From Clostridia bacterium (GTDB taxonomy: Bacteria; Bacillota; Clostridia; UBA1212; DUPL01): 64,000 bases of DNA. Made by a program: the position numbers and the translations under genes. Every line of letters starts with the position of its first letter. Positions within the stretch are counted from its first letter, which is position 1. The stretch is taken from NCBI GenBank assembly GCA_050951325.1, contig JBMNIW010000005.1:192001-256000 (forward strand), given 5' to 3'. Shown one piece after another: positions 39,977 through 50,631 of this stretch. The notes beneath the pieces were generated by a model that was not told the origin of the DNA, did no database searches, and saw only the letters and a program-made list of their open reading frames with translations.

Positions 39977-42900
39977 ATGGAGAAGTCTATTGTATTTATT
40001 GATTTGGAAATAGGACAAGACAATAAAATATGTGATATAGGTGCTGTGCGAGGAGATGGAGCAATACTGCATACAAAAGCAGTGAAGGAACTTCGTGAGT
40101 TTGTAGCAGGATCAAAATACGTTTGTGGTCATAATATTATACGTCACGATCTTTTGTATTTGAATGATTTTTTTGATGATGATATTATGCCCATAGATAC
40201 TTTGCTTCTGTCGCCGCTTCTTTTTCCCCAAAAACCTTACCATTCCCTTGTAAAGAATGACAAGATTGTTTCCGATGATTTGAATAATCCTGTAAATGAC
40301 TGCAAGCAGGCAAGAACTCTTTTTTATGATGAGATAAATGCATTCAATTCTCTTGATTCCAATCTAAAAACCATATATTTCGGTTTGCTTGGAAAGACCA
40401 AGGATTTCAATGGTTTCTTCAAATACTTGGGTTTCAATGGGATATGCGTTAATCTGGAAAAACTTATACGTCATGAGTTTGAAGGATTAATATGTGCAAA
40501 TTCCGATGTACAGAATTACATAAAAATGCATCCCATAGACCTTGCGTATGCACTTGCCTTGATTGGTACAAAGGATCCTTATTCAATTTCACCTGGCTGG
40601 ATCAATTATGAGTTCAGCATGATCGAAAATATTCTTCACTATCTTACCAACAAACCCTGCAATAAAGGATGTCCATATTGTAATGACAAACTAGATATTC
40701 ACAAGGCATTAAGCAGGATATTCGGATTTGATTCATTTCGAATATATGATGGTGAACCGCTGCAGGAAAAAGCGGTAAAGGCAGCTGTAGAAGGAAAGTC
40801 ACTACTTGCAGTTTTTCCGACAGGAGGCGGAAAGTCCCTTACATTTCAACTGCCTGCTCTTATAGCAGGGGAGAATTCAAGGGGACTTACTGTCGTTATT
40901 TCTCCACTCCAATCCCTTATGAAGGACCAGGTGGATAATTTGATAAATAAGGGTATTACCAGCGTAGCCACTATAAATGGGCTTTTGAATCCTATTGAAA
41001 GAGCCAATGCCATTGAAAGAGTGTACAACGGTAATGCAAAAATTTTATATATTTCTCCTGAACAGCTTCGCTCCCGAACCATTGAGAAAATGCTGTTGTC
41101 TAGAAATGTTGTTCGCTTTGTAATAGATGAGGCTCACTGTTTTTCTGCATGGGGTCAGGACTTTAGAGTGGACTATCTCTATATCGGTGATTTTATTAAA
41201 CAACTACAGGAGAAAAAAAGCAACAACAAAACAATAGCTGTTTCCTGTTTTACTGCAACTGCCAAGCAAAAAGTAATAGCTGACATATGTGACTACTTTG
41301 AATCCAAACTGGGGCTTAAGCTTGAGATCTTTGCTACAACTTCCACACGTAAAAACCTTCATTACAGGGTGTTGTTCAAGGAATCGGAAGGAGACAAGTT
41401 TAATACCTTAAGAGAACTCATAATTCAGAAAAACTGCCCAACCATTGTTTATGTATCAAGAACCAAAGATGCGGAAAACCTGGCTAAAAAATTGACGGCA
41501 TCCGGAATAAATGCACTACCTTATCACGGCAAGATGGAAACGAATGATAGAATAAAAAACCAGGATATGTTCATCAATAACGAGGTGCAGGTTATTGTAG
41601 CAACCTCTGCTTTTGGAATGGGAGTTGACAAGAAGGATGTCAGGCTTGTTGTGCATTTTGACATATCAGGCTCGCTTGAAAACTATGTCCAGGAAGCAGG
41701 CAGAGCAGGCAGGGACCCAAATCTTCAAGCAGAATGCTATGTGCTTTATAACGACAACGACTTGGACAAGCATTTTGTGTTGATTAATCAAACAAAACTA
41801 ACCATGAGCGAAATACAGCAGGTTTGGCAAGCCATAAAAAGAATGACAAAACATAAACCGTATATTTGCTGTTCAGCTCTTGAGCTTGCAAGGCATGCAG
41901 GATGGGACGAAGAAGATTATCCTGTTGAGACCAGGGTAAAGGCTGCCATTTCCGCATTGGAAAACGCAGGATATGTAAAGAGAGGCTACAACTCTCCAAG
42001 ATGTTATGCCAACAGTATTCTTGCAAGGAACATGGCAGAAGCCTCAAGTCGAATCGATAAATCAAGTTTGTTTGATGAAAAAGGAAAGCAAATTGCCAAA
42101 CACATAATGAGTTTTTTGATTTCAAGAAAAAAAAGTGCTGATGCAGGCAATCGTGAAGCAGAATCAAGAGTAGATTATATTGCAGACCGACTCGGTTTGG
42201 CGAAAGAAGTTATTATAGATTCAATAAACATCATGAGGCTGGAGGGTATTCTTGCTGATGAACAGGATATGTCGGCCCTTATTCTTGATTCAAAGCAGAA
42301 GTCATCACGAATACTAGAAGAGTTTTTTGAACTTGAATTATTTTTACTTGCCCAGCTTGAAACTGAAGGCAGAGCAATTAACCTTAAGAAGGTAAATGAC
42401 AAAGCCCATGACAGAGGAGTTACTCATTCAAATGTCAAGAAAATTAGAAAAATACTTGATTTTCTTAGTCTTAAAAATTATATAGAAAAACAGGAGCATA
42501 TGAAAACCAGTTATGTGGAAGTAAAGTTTAACGAGGAAATATCAAAGATGAATATGAGCTTCCACATAAGGATTGACATATGCCGATTTATAGTCGATGA
42601 GTTATATTCCATGCTAGAGCAGGGAAAGCTTGTGCATTTCTCGCTTGTCAGCCTGTTTAACTCATATAGAGAAATAGCCAGCCTCGATGTAAACAAGAAG
42701 AAGATTTCTCTAGATCAGGTGAAAGAAGCGCTGTTTTATCTTGAGATAATAGGAGCGATTAAGTTAGAAGGCGGTTTTTTGGTGCATTATCAGGGCATGG
42801 AAATAGAGAGATTGGCAAGAGGAGGAAAAGTCAGATACAAAAAGGAAGACTATAGAATGCTGGACAGGTTCTATGAGCAGAAAATCCAGCAGGTCCACAT

Positions 42901-44767
42901 AGTGGGAGAGTATGCAAACCTTATGGTCAGAGATTATGATGCAGCTCTAAGGTATGTACAGGATTACTTTCAAATGGATTTTAATAAGTTTATAGACAAG
43001 TATTTTAAAGGTGAGAAGAAGAAAGCCTTGGAATACAATATGACTCCGAAAAGATACAAAAAGATATTTGGGCAGCTATCTGACAAGCAAAAAGAGATTC
43101 TTAACGATAAGGATTCAAAATATATAGTTGTGGCTGCAGGGCCTGGCAGCGGCAAAACCCGCGTTCTTGTACACAAACTGGCGTCACTGCTTATTCTGGA
43201 AGATGTAAAGCACGAACAGCTCTTGATGCTTACTTTTTCCCGCGCTGCAGCAACAGAGTTTAAGAAGCGGCTTGCAGATTTGATAGGAGACGCTGCATAT
43301 TATGTGGATATAAAGACTTTTCATTCGTTTTGCTTTGACTTGTTGGGAAGAACGGGCAATTTGGATGAATCTGATGAAGTGGTTAAGAAAGCTGTCAAAA
43401 TGATAAGGAATGGTGAAGCGGAGCTGGGCAAGATAACCAGGACGGTTCTGGTTATTGATGAAGCACAGGATATGGACAAGGATGAGTATAGCCTGATAAG
43501 GGAACTAATAAAATACAATGAAGATATGCGTGTTGTAGCAGTAGGTGACGATGATCAAAACATATATGAATTCAGAGGTTCTTCTTCCGAGTATTTCAAA
43601 TCACTGTTAACTGAATATGATGCAGGCAGATATGAGATGAATGAAAACTTTAGATCAAAAGCCAACATTGTTGCTTTGACAAATGCTTTTGCTGAGACCA
43701 TGAAGAACAGATTAAAAAAGGATCCCATAGTACCCGTTCAAAAAGAAAACGGCATCGTAAGGATCATAAATCATACCAGCATGAATATTGAAGAAGCAGT
43801 AGTAAACAATTTTGTGAAAGAATATAAAGGCGGAACCGCCTGTATTATGACGAATACCAATGAGGAGGCTTTGCGGATCCTGTGGCATCTTGACAGGCAC
43901 AATATACAGGCCAAGCTTATCCAATCGAATGACGGCTTTAAAATGTACAATTTGGTGGAAGTCAGATATTTTCTTACCCAGATAGACAAAGAACTGTCTT
44001 CACCGGTTATAAGTGATGAGCTGTGGAACAAGAATAAAGAAAAAACGTTGAAAAAATATGCCAGAAGCAGCTGCATCAATATTATAAAAAACTTTTTTGG
44101 AGAGTTTGAGAAAGTCAACAAAGAAAAGTACAGATCAGATCTTGAGGAGTTTTGCAGAGAGTCGAATTACGAAGACTTTTATGATGAAAACGACGACAAG
44201 ATATATGTTTCAACCATACACAAGTCAAAAGGTCGTGAGTTTGACGAAGTATACATCATGCTTTCCAACATATATCCAAGTGATGATGAGCAGAAGCGTA
44301 AATTGTACGTTGGTATTACACGAGCAAAAGAAGCCCTCTATATTCACTGCAATACGAACATCTTTAAGAACTGCTCGTTACCCGGAGTTGAAATTGTTTA
44401 CGACAATTTCGAGTACGGAGAGACGGAAGAGATTATACTTCAGCTAACTCACAGAGATGTCAATTTGGGGTTTACCAAGTTGAAAAATAAAGTGTTGTTT
44501 AACATTATGAGCGGTGACTTGCTTTCTCTTGATAATGGTTACCTTACTGCTGAGTTTAATGGCAGGACTCATAAAGTAGTTATGTTCTCTAAGAAGTTTA
44601 AGAAAACACTTAATGAGTATTTTGAAAAGGGTTATGTTTTTGATAGAGCGGAAGCTAGGTTTCTTGTATCATGGCGGGATAAGGAGGATAACAAGGAATA
44701 TCCTCTTGTTCTTCCAAACATTTACATGAAGAAGGTGGAAGCAATTGAGAAAATCAGCACATTCTAA
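39977..44767 (+). CDS. RecQ-family helicase fused to an N-terminal DEDD exonuclease-like domain and a C-terminal UvrD/Rep (SF1) helicase
   Basis: FIDLE/GHNI..HD/DTL; RecQ PTGGGKS, DEAHC.S.WGQDFR, QEAGRAGRD; SF1 AGPGSGKT, DEAQD, VGDDDQNIY.FRG, STIHKSKGREFD, LYVGITRAK. Confidence 0.9.
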   Translation: MEKSIVFIDLEIGQDNKICDIGAVRGDGAILHTKAVKELREFVAGSKYVCGHNIIRHDLLYLNDFFDDDIMPIDTLLLSPLLFPQKPYHSLVKNDKIVSDDLNNPVNDCKQARTLFYDEINAFNSLDSNLKTIYFGLLGKTKDFNGFFKYLGFNGICVNLEKLIRHEFEGLICANSDVQNYIKMHPIDLAYALALIGTKDPYSISPGWINYEFSMIENILHYLTNKPCNKGCPYCNDKLDIHKALSRIFGFDSFRIYDGEPLQEKAVKAAVEGKSLLAVFPTGGGKSLTFQLPALIAGENSRGLTVVISPLQSLMKDQVDNLINKGITSVATINGLLNPIERANAIERVYNGNAKILYISPEQLRSRTIEKMLLSRNVVRFVIDEAHCFSAWGQDFRVDYLYIGDFIKQLQEKKSNNKTIAVSCFTATAKQKVIADICDYFESKLGLKLEIFATTSTRKNLHYRVLFKESEGDKFNTLRELIIQKNCPTIVYVSRTKDAENLAKKLTASGINALPYHGKMETNDRIKNQDMFINNEVQVIVATSAFGMGVDKKDVRLVVHFDISGSLENYVQEAGRAGRDPNLQAECYVLYNDNDLDKHFVLINQTKLTMSEIQQVWQAIKRMTKHKPYICCSALELARHAGWDEEDYPVETRVKAAISALENAGYVKRGYNSPRCYANSILARNMAEASSRIDKSSLFDEKGKQIAKHIMSFLISRKKSADAGNREAESRVDYIADRLGLAKEVIIDSINIMRLEGILADEQDMSALILDSKQKSSRILEEFFELELFLLAQLETEGRAINLKKVNDKAHDRGVTHSNVKKIRKILDFLSLKNYIEKQEHMKTSYVEVKFNEEISKMNMSFHIRIDICRFIVDELYSMLEQGKLVHFSLVSLFNSYREIASLDVNKKKISLDQVKEALFYLEIIGAIKLEGGFLVHYQGMEIERLARGGKVRYKKEDYRMLDRFYEQKIQQVHIVGEYANLMVRDYDAALRYVQDYFQMDFNKFIDKYFKGEKKKALEYNMTPKRYKKIFGQLSDKQKEILNDKDSKYIVVAAGPGSGKTRVLVHKLASLLILEDVKHEQLLMLTFSRAAATEFKKRLADLIGDAAYYVDIKTFHSFCFDLLGRTGNLDESDEVVKKAVKMIRNGEAELGKITRTVLVIDEAQDMDKDEYSLIRELIKYNEDMRVVAVGDDDQNIYEFRGSSSEYFKSLLTEYDAGRYEMNENFRSKANIVALTNAFAETMKNRLKKDPIVPVQKENGIVRIINHTSMNIEEAVVNNFVKEYKGGTACIMTNTNEEALRILWHLDRHNIQAKLIQSNDGFKMYNLVEVRYFLTQIDKELSSPVISDELWNKNKEKTLKKYARSSCINIIKNFFGEFEKVNKEKYRSDLEEFCRESNYEDFYDENDDKIYVSTIHKSKGREFDEVYIMLSNIYPSDDEQKRKLYVGITRAKEALYIHCNTNIFKNCSLPGVEIVYDNFEYGETEEIILQLTHRDVNLGFTKLKNKVLFNIMSGDLLSLDNGYLTAEFNGRTHKVVMFSKKFKKTLNEYFEKGYVFDRAEARFLVSWRDKEDNKEYPLVLPNIYMKKVEAIEKISTF

Positions 44768-44832
44768 ATTGACTTTGTGATTTTGAGATGGTAACATTTA
44801 GTTATATTTATACATATGTGGGAGATGTTTAA

Positions 44833-45693
44833 ATGCGGCAGAGATCGGAACTTCACGGTATGAAAACGGGGGAACATTTGGATATATTCAACAACAAACC
44901 CTTTAACCAGGTAAAATGTTATTTTCATGATACGTATTATATGGGTGCTATAAACATGCACAAACACAATTTTTATGAACTTAACATGGTTACAAGGGGA
45001 ACTGGGCTGCTCTGTATGGACAAAGATAGTACTGTAGTGGAAGAAGGGAATGTGTTCCTTATACTCCCGAATGTTGAACATGGGTACATGATTGATAACA
45101 ACCTGATTGTATTTCATATGCTCCTGCACAGCAATTTCATTTCAAGATACTCAAAGGAACTTAATTCGTTATCCATCTCATTGCAAAATAATCTGAACAT
45201 AACCTTAGATAAAAGCGAACTAGACGAAATTATGAATTTGTTAATTGAACTGGATCAGCTTCAAAGGTCTTCTGACACTTCTTCCGACATCATGAAAAAT
45301 TCCCTTTCTTTGTACCTTATATGCAGACTATCCCGACACATGCCTGAAAAAGATAAGAATGATGAAAAAACATATTCTGAAGGAATAGTAAAATGTGTGG
45401 AGTACATGAATCTCAATTACAAGGAAAGTATAAATATGAAAAAGATATGCAGCATGCTGGGTGTTTCGTACTCAACATTGCGAAGATATTTCATGGGAGT
45501 GTACGAAATGACACCGTCGGATTATCTAAGGGAATTAAGGATAAGGCATGCAATCGACCTTCTAAAAAATAGTGACAAACCTATTCTTGAAATTGCGTTG
45601 GAATGCGGTTTTTATGACAGGTCTCACTTTAACAGGACATTCAAGGATAAAACCGGATACACTCCGCATGCATACAGAAATATTCAACTATGA
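44833..45693 (+). CDS. AraC family transcriptional regulator
   Basis: Cupin MHKHNFYE; ILEIALECGFYDRSHFNRTFKDKTGYTP. Confidence 0.92.
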   Translation: MRQRSELHGMKTGEHLDIFNNKPFNQVKCYFHDTYYMGAINMHKHNFYELNMVTRGTGLLCMDKDSTVVEEGNVFLILPNVEHGYMIDNNLIVFHMLLHSNFISRYSKELNSLSISLQNNLNITLDKSELDEIMNLLIELDQLQRSSDTSSDIMKNSLSLYLICRLSRHMPEKDKNDEKTYSEGIVKCVEYMNLNYKESINMKKICSMLGVSYSTLRRYFMGVYEMTPSDYLRELRIRHAIDLLKNSDKPILEIALECGFYDRSHFNRTFKDKTGYTPHAYRNIQL

Positions 45694-45695
45694 TG

Positions 45696-46526
45696 TCAAT
45701 AATTGTGTATTTCAAAACCACAGTTTTCGCAGACTGCATCTACTACCAAGTTACTATCAATATAAAATTTGAAATTGATCTTTGAATTATTATGTTCTTT
45801 CACAATACCGCTCATTTTCCCTCTGATAGGATACAACAAATCAAAGTGCTTGCCTGCTTCAATTATTATTGCTTCAATCTTCATATTTCGCTGAGTAATT
45901 ATTACCTTGTCTGAAAAAACTTGTGCTTTTGCTCCAAGATATGTGGCAAGACGGTATTCTTGCATATTATAGATGATTGCGCAAATACAGCCCTCAAAGT
46001 AAAATTTACAAAAGGGTATGTCTGCAACAGACATCATTATTGAAAAGTTGTCCATTTCGTTTGATTGGACCCATACATATCTTTTTGGGAAAGATTTTCC
46101 TTTGTCGAATTCGATATATCCTGTACCCTCATTAAAGTCATATATCTCATCTTCTACTGAAAGAATTCCTTTTAAATTGTGTTTCATGCTGACAACTCCA
46201 TGCCTGCACTCCATGGGAAAGTATTTAAAAAAGCTCATGATGTCAGTTTTTAATGGAGTAAGATTTGTGTATTCAATAAGTCCTTTAACTGTCCGGCAAA
46301 TCAATTTCTACTGCCCATATCAGAAAAACTACATAAGCCAATGATTAATAGCCTGCTTTCTGATTGTCTGCATTGTCAAAACTATATTGCAAGTGAGCAC
46401 GTATCTGTTATTACCTGAATAAAAGAGTTGCTTTGTAGATATGCCTGGTATGAAGCATGCTACCTTGTTGTTTTTCTGATGTTTGAAGTAAAAGCCATGA
46501 AAGAAAGGATCTTTTGAGCAATACAA
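45696..46526 (-). pseudogene. tocopherol-cyclase-family protein, degraded
   Basis: FHGFYFKHQ..FIPG (46329-46526), FIQVIT in a shifted frame followed by stops, then MECRHGVVSM, GYIEFDKGKSFP, YRLATYLG (45696-46304). Confidence 0.7.
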
Positions 46527-46644
46527 TCATCTCCTAAATGTTAATTAAACTATATTATTCGCATTAAATAATTAAATATTTATATTGTATCATGTAAAGA
46601 AAACTATATAATAAAGCTAGAACATAAACTAAAGGATGGTGCAA

Positions 46645-48594
46645 ATGTTAAAACGAATATTACTGATTTCCTTAACATTGATATGTATGGGCAGTTTGTT
46701 TACAAGGGCTACGGAGACTAAAAAAGCACATACGGGCCATATTGTAGGCATAGATACTTATGGTAGAAAGGTAAACCCTGTATCCGGGTATAAAAAAGAC
46801 AAGTATGTGGGTCTTTTTTATCATACATGGCACGGTTTTACTGGAACCAACAGGATTTTTGATGTTACAAAAATCATGAGGGAAAATCCGGAGGAGCTTT
46901 GGAAAAAGGACAGTACCATAGCCCCTATAAACCAAAACTACTATTTCAATGAGCCATTGTACGGCTATTACAACTCCGCCGATCCATGGGTTATTAGAAA
47001 GCATCTTGAACTGTTTATGGCAGCAGACATTGACTTTCTTGCTCTTGACTTTACAAACGCAATAGTATACGACAGGGTAATGCCAACCATGTTGGACATT
47101 TACATGGAGTACCTGGAACAAGGCTACAAAGTCCCGCAACTTGTATACTTTACAAACACAGAAAGCGGCAAGGTCGTCCAGGGTGTGTATGACATCATGT
47201 ACAAGGATGAAAAATACAAGGACTTGTGGTTCTATGGACCCTACGACAAGCCTTTGATAATAGCATGGGAAGACGATATGCCTGAAGAACTGAGAGATTT
47301 TTTCCATATAAGACCTCCACAGTGGCCGGATGAGGAATTCATGCCTAACGGCTTCCCATATGTCGATAAGGTAAGACCACAGAGAACGTATACCGACCTT
47401 GTTGTTGTATCAGTAACCCAGCATACAGGAGGAGCTTTCAGCTGGTCGTTCAACGGCCCTCATGGAAAGACCAGAGAAAGCTGGGGAAGAGGGTACACCA
47501 CTGACAATCCTACAAACTGGGATCCTGAAAGAATCCAAAGGGGAGCAAACTTCCAGGAACAATGGGATTATGCAATAAGCGTAGATCCGCAGATTATTTT
47601 TGTAACAGGTTGGAATGAATGGGTTGCGTGCAAGTTTGTAAGTGATGATTTCAAAAACTATGGTGATGTTCCTTACTGGGTTGACACATTCAATACGGAG
47701 TTTTCCAGAGATATTGAGATGACAAGATCCAGGGGTTACGTAGTTGGCGAAGATGGCAAGTTTCTTGAGGAAGGTTATGGAGATAACTTTTATCTTCAGT
47801 TTGTTGAAAATGTCCGCAGATTCAAAGGTATAAAAGGTGATACAAAAATCAATGCAAAACACAAGACTGTGGATATTACAAATCCAAACTGGGATGCCGA
47901 CGTGGGAATTCTGTATGAAAACCTTGCGACAAAAAAAGTAGCGAGAGACTTTATAGGGCACTCTGATAGAATCAAATATAGGCAGGCTGCTCCTGACAAC
48001 TTCATAAAGAACATAAGAGTAACTCATGACAATGACTACATATATTTCCGTGTGGAAACAGACGGAGATATAACTCCTTGGGAAAGCGGCAAGACAAACT
48101 GGATGAATTTGTTTATTGGGATAGAGGGAAGTAAAAAGCCTGCATTTGAAAACTATCAATTTGTTGTAAACCGCAATCCTGCAGGTAACAACAAGACGAG
48201 TCTTGAAGCATCCAAGGGCGGTTATGACTTTGAGAAGGTTCAGGATATTGACTATTTGGTGTCTGTTAATGTTATCCAGTTTGCGGTACCAAGAGCAGCT
48301 CTTGGAATAGGCAATGATGCTGTGCTATATTTTAAGGCAGCAGATAGTATCGAACATCAAGACGATATAATGGACTATTATGTTTCGGGATGCTCGGTAC
48401 CAATGGGAAGACTATCATATTTGTATGAAATCGGGAAAGCCAAATGGTTCGATAATGGAGAAGGTGGAACCAAAGACAAGTTTGAGTTGTTTGGACTATC
48501 CCTTATGGAGACATTGATACTCGGAATTTCTATCGTTGCGCTGGTTGCATGCGGATTGGTTATAACTATTATTACAAGGAAGAAGAAAGGATGA
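46645..48594 (+). CDS. membrane-anchored GH99/GH71-like glycoside hydrolase
   Basis: Signal peptide; KYVGLFY, NEPLYGYY, DPWVIRKH, TGWNEW, EFSRDIE; C-terminal TM + RKKK. Confidence 0.75.
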   Translation: MLKRILLISLTLICMGSLFTRATETKKAHTGHIVGIDTYGRKVNPVSGYKKDKYVGLFYHTWHGFTGTNRIFDVTKIMRENPEELWKKDSTIAPINQNYYFNEPLYGYYNSADPWVIRKHLELFMAADIDFLALDFTNAIVYDRVMPTMLDIYMEYLEQGYKVPQLVYFTNTESGKVVQGVYDIMYKDEKYKDLWFYGPYDKPLIIAWEDDMPEELRDFFHIRPPQWPDEEFMPNGFPYVDKVRPQRTYTDLVVVSVTQHTGGAFSWSFNGPHGKTRESWGRGYTTDNPTNWDPERIQRGANFQEQWDYAISVDPQIIFVTGWNEWVACKFVSDDFKNYGDVPYWVDTFNTEFSRDIEMTRSRGYVVGEDGKFLEEGYGDNFYLQFVENVRRFKGIKGDTKINAKHKTVDITNPNWDADVGILYENLATKKVARDFIGHSDRIKYRQAAPDNFIKNIRVTHDNDYIYFRVETDGDITPWESGKTNWMNLFIGIEGSKKPAFENYQFVVNRNPAGNNKTSLEASKGGYDFEKVQDIDYLVSVNVIQFAVPRAALGIGNDAVLYFKAADSIEHQDDIMDYYVSGCSVPMGRLSYLYEIGKAKWFDNGEGGTKDKFELFGLSLMETLILGISIVALVACGLVITIITRKKKG

Positions 48595-48600
48595 GGATGT

Positions 48601-49434
48601 ATGAAAAAGGTATTTTTGATTCTTGCTTTTTGTTTGATATTTACTTTATCTTTTGCTTCTGCTGAAGAAGGTCTTGTAAACCTGATAAATGATCATACAT
48701 ACGTTCAGCAGAACAATCTGGCATATTTTGAAGATGGTGTCCTGATTTTGGAAGATATAAATCTTACAGGAGAGTATCTTATCAATTTCAGTGTACCAAG
48801 ACTGACGAATCAGTACATATGGGAAGGCGACATCACCATTAAAGAAATTGACCCTGAAAAAGGTTACAGTGGTGTAAGATTCTGCATAGGATACGACGAT
48901 GCTACTGGAAATTATATCAACCTCATACTAACCAAGAGCATTGGCGTTTCAGCAAACCAAAGAGGAACAACACCTGTGGATGACTTAATCCCTGTAAGCA
49001 AAGAAACCTTTGACAGAGACCTGGAAGAGGGAATGACCTTCCACTTTGAGATTATTAGGGATGGGGCACATGTAATCATGAAAGTGGATGGAGAGACTGT
49101 CATCGACAAGGTATTTGACGAGCAGTACAATCTGTTTACTGAAGGGGATGAACTGAACCTGGGATTTGTATCCTGTTATTGCGTGTTCGAAGTGAAAAAT
49201 CTGGCAGTATATGACGAGAATGTCGAAATTACACCAGAACCAACACCTACAGATACACCAGCGCCAACTGAAGAACCCACCGATACACCTCAGCAAACTC
49301 CTTCAGCAACTGAAAAAACTGATGACAATGCTGAAAATGGAGGCATATCTCCTGTTATTATAATTGTAGCTGTAATAGCTGCATTGGCTGTAGTTGGCAC
49401 TGTAGTATTCTTGATTTCCAGCAAGAATAAGTAA
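48601..49434 (+). CDS. secreted beta-sandwich protein with Pro/Thr linker and C-terminal membrane anchor
   Basis: Signal ending ASA; concanavalin-like FHFEIIRDGAHVIMKVDG; TPEPTPTDTPAPTEEPTDTP; TM + KNK. Confidence 0.7.
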   Translation: MKKVFLILAFCLIFTLSFASAEEGLVNLINDHTYVQQNNLAYFEDGVLILEDINLTGEYLINFSVPRLTNQYIWEGDITIKEIDPEKGYSGVRFCIGYDDATGNYINLILTKSIGVSANQRGTTPVDDLIPVSKETFDRDLEEGMTFHFEIIRDGAHVIMKVDGETVIDKVFDEQYNLFTEGDELNLGFVSCYCVFEVKNLAVYDENVEITPEPTPTDTPAPTEEPTDTPQQTPSATEKTDDNAENGGISPVIIIVAVIAALAVVGTVVFLISSKNK

Positions 49435-49438
49435 AGAC

Positions 49439-50098
49439 TCAGTTACGTAAAATGAAAGTGTTTTTATGGTAGTCAATCAAACCATCGGCTTTCATTTTAC
49501 TTAATTCTCTTGAGAGAGCACTTCTGTCAACTCCAAGATAGTCCGCCATTGCAAGGCGATTGTAGGGTATTGTGATAATCCTTTCCTTGCTGCTGGTGGA
49601 GTAGGAGTGAAGAAATTGAAGAATCTTTTCTCGAAGGGTTCTTTTAGACAATATGTCAAGTTTTTTGCTTAGATATACATTCTTGTTGGCTAAAAGCTCT
49701 ATAATGTTTTGTATAAGCCTCCTGTGAAATATACAAGCAGATGAGCATGTGGTTAACAATCTGCTTACATCCAGCCACAAGACAACCGAGTCTTCCGTCG
49801 CACATACCATGACGGGAGACTCGTGGTTTTTAGAAAGAGCATATGTTTCTGCAAAAAGGTCATATTGCTGTATTGATGCAACAACAAGTCTGTTGCCGTC
49901 AATGTCTGTACGCAAGACCTGTACCGAACCACTCAATACGGCACCTATGGATCCAATTATTTCACCTTCGAAAATAATAATATCATTCTTTTTATACTTT
50001 TTTACCTTTGCGTCTATGCAGGACCACAATGTTTTTATCTCATCAGTGTCAAGTCCGTCAAACAACACTATCCTGGACAAGTCATAATTGTCAAACAT
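49439..50098 (-). CDS. Crp/Fnr family transcriptional regulator
   Basis: cNMP-binding-like N-terminus; HTH MADYLGVDRSALSRELSKMKADGLI. Confidence 0.92.
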   Translation of the reverse strand: MFDNYDLSRIVLFDGLDTDEIKTLWSCIDAKVKKYKKNDIIIFEGEIIGSIGAVLSGSVQVLRTDIDGNRLVVASIQQYDLFAETYALSKNHESPVMVCATEDSVVLWLDVSRLLTTCSSACIFHRRLIQNIIELLANKNVYLSKKLDILSKRTLREKILQFLHSYSTSSKERIITIPYNRLAMADYLGVDRSALSRELSKMKADGLIDYHKNTFILRN

Positions 50099-50101
50099 GA
50101 A

Positions 50102-50551
50102 CTATTTCTCCTTGTTTGAAGATACGTCATAAGGCCAGTCAATAATTCCGCCTATATCATACACCTGGGTATATCCCATTTCTAAAAGTTTATACGCGGC
50201 TGTTCTGCTTCTGTTACCGCTTCTGCAATATATAAAAATTACAGCATCCTTGTCCGGCAGCTCTTGATTGGCTCTTGCCTCAAGTTCGTTGACTGGAATG
50301 AGAATGCTGCCTGGTATATGCAACTCGTCATACTCCTCCTGCGTTCTAACATCGAGAAGAATAATGTCGGAATCATCATCAAGGCTTGCCTTTGCAACAG
50401 AGGGTGCAAGCTTCATGTATTTTCCTTCCCGTACTTGCACAGTTCCTGCGCTTTCACAACTTCCGCTTCTTAATATGTACCATATGACAACGGTTGTAAC
50501 TGCAATACCGACAACTAAAATTGTTGATAAAAGCAATGTGTTATTTTTCAT
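50102..50551 (-). CDS. membrane-anchored rhodanese-domain protein
   Basis: LLDVRTQEEY..HIPG, YCRSGNRS, GGI..W. Confidence 0.92.
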   Translation of the reverse strand: MKNNTLLLSTILVVGIAVTTVVIWYILRSGSCESAGTVQVREGKYMKLAPSVAKASLDDDSDIILLDVRTQEEYDELHIPGSILIPVNELEARANQELPDKDAVIFIYCRSGNRSRTAAYKLLEMGYTQVYDIGGIIDWPYDVSSNKEK

Positions 50552-50601
50552 ACAGCAATTACTCCTTAAAAATGTTATAGCATATTATACCTAAAAAACG
50601 A

Positions 50602-50625
50602 GAAAACCGCCAATTGGCGGTTTTC
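50602..50625 (-). terminator. terminator of gpmI
   Basis: GAAAACCGCC / GGCGGTTTTC. Confidence 0.75.
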
Positions 50626-50631
50626 AGTTAT

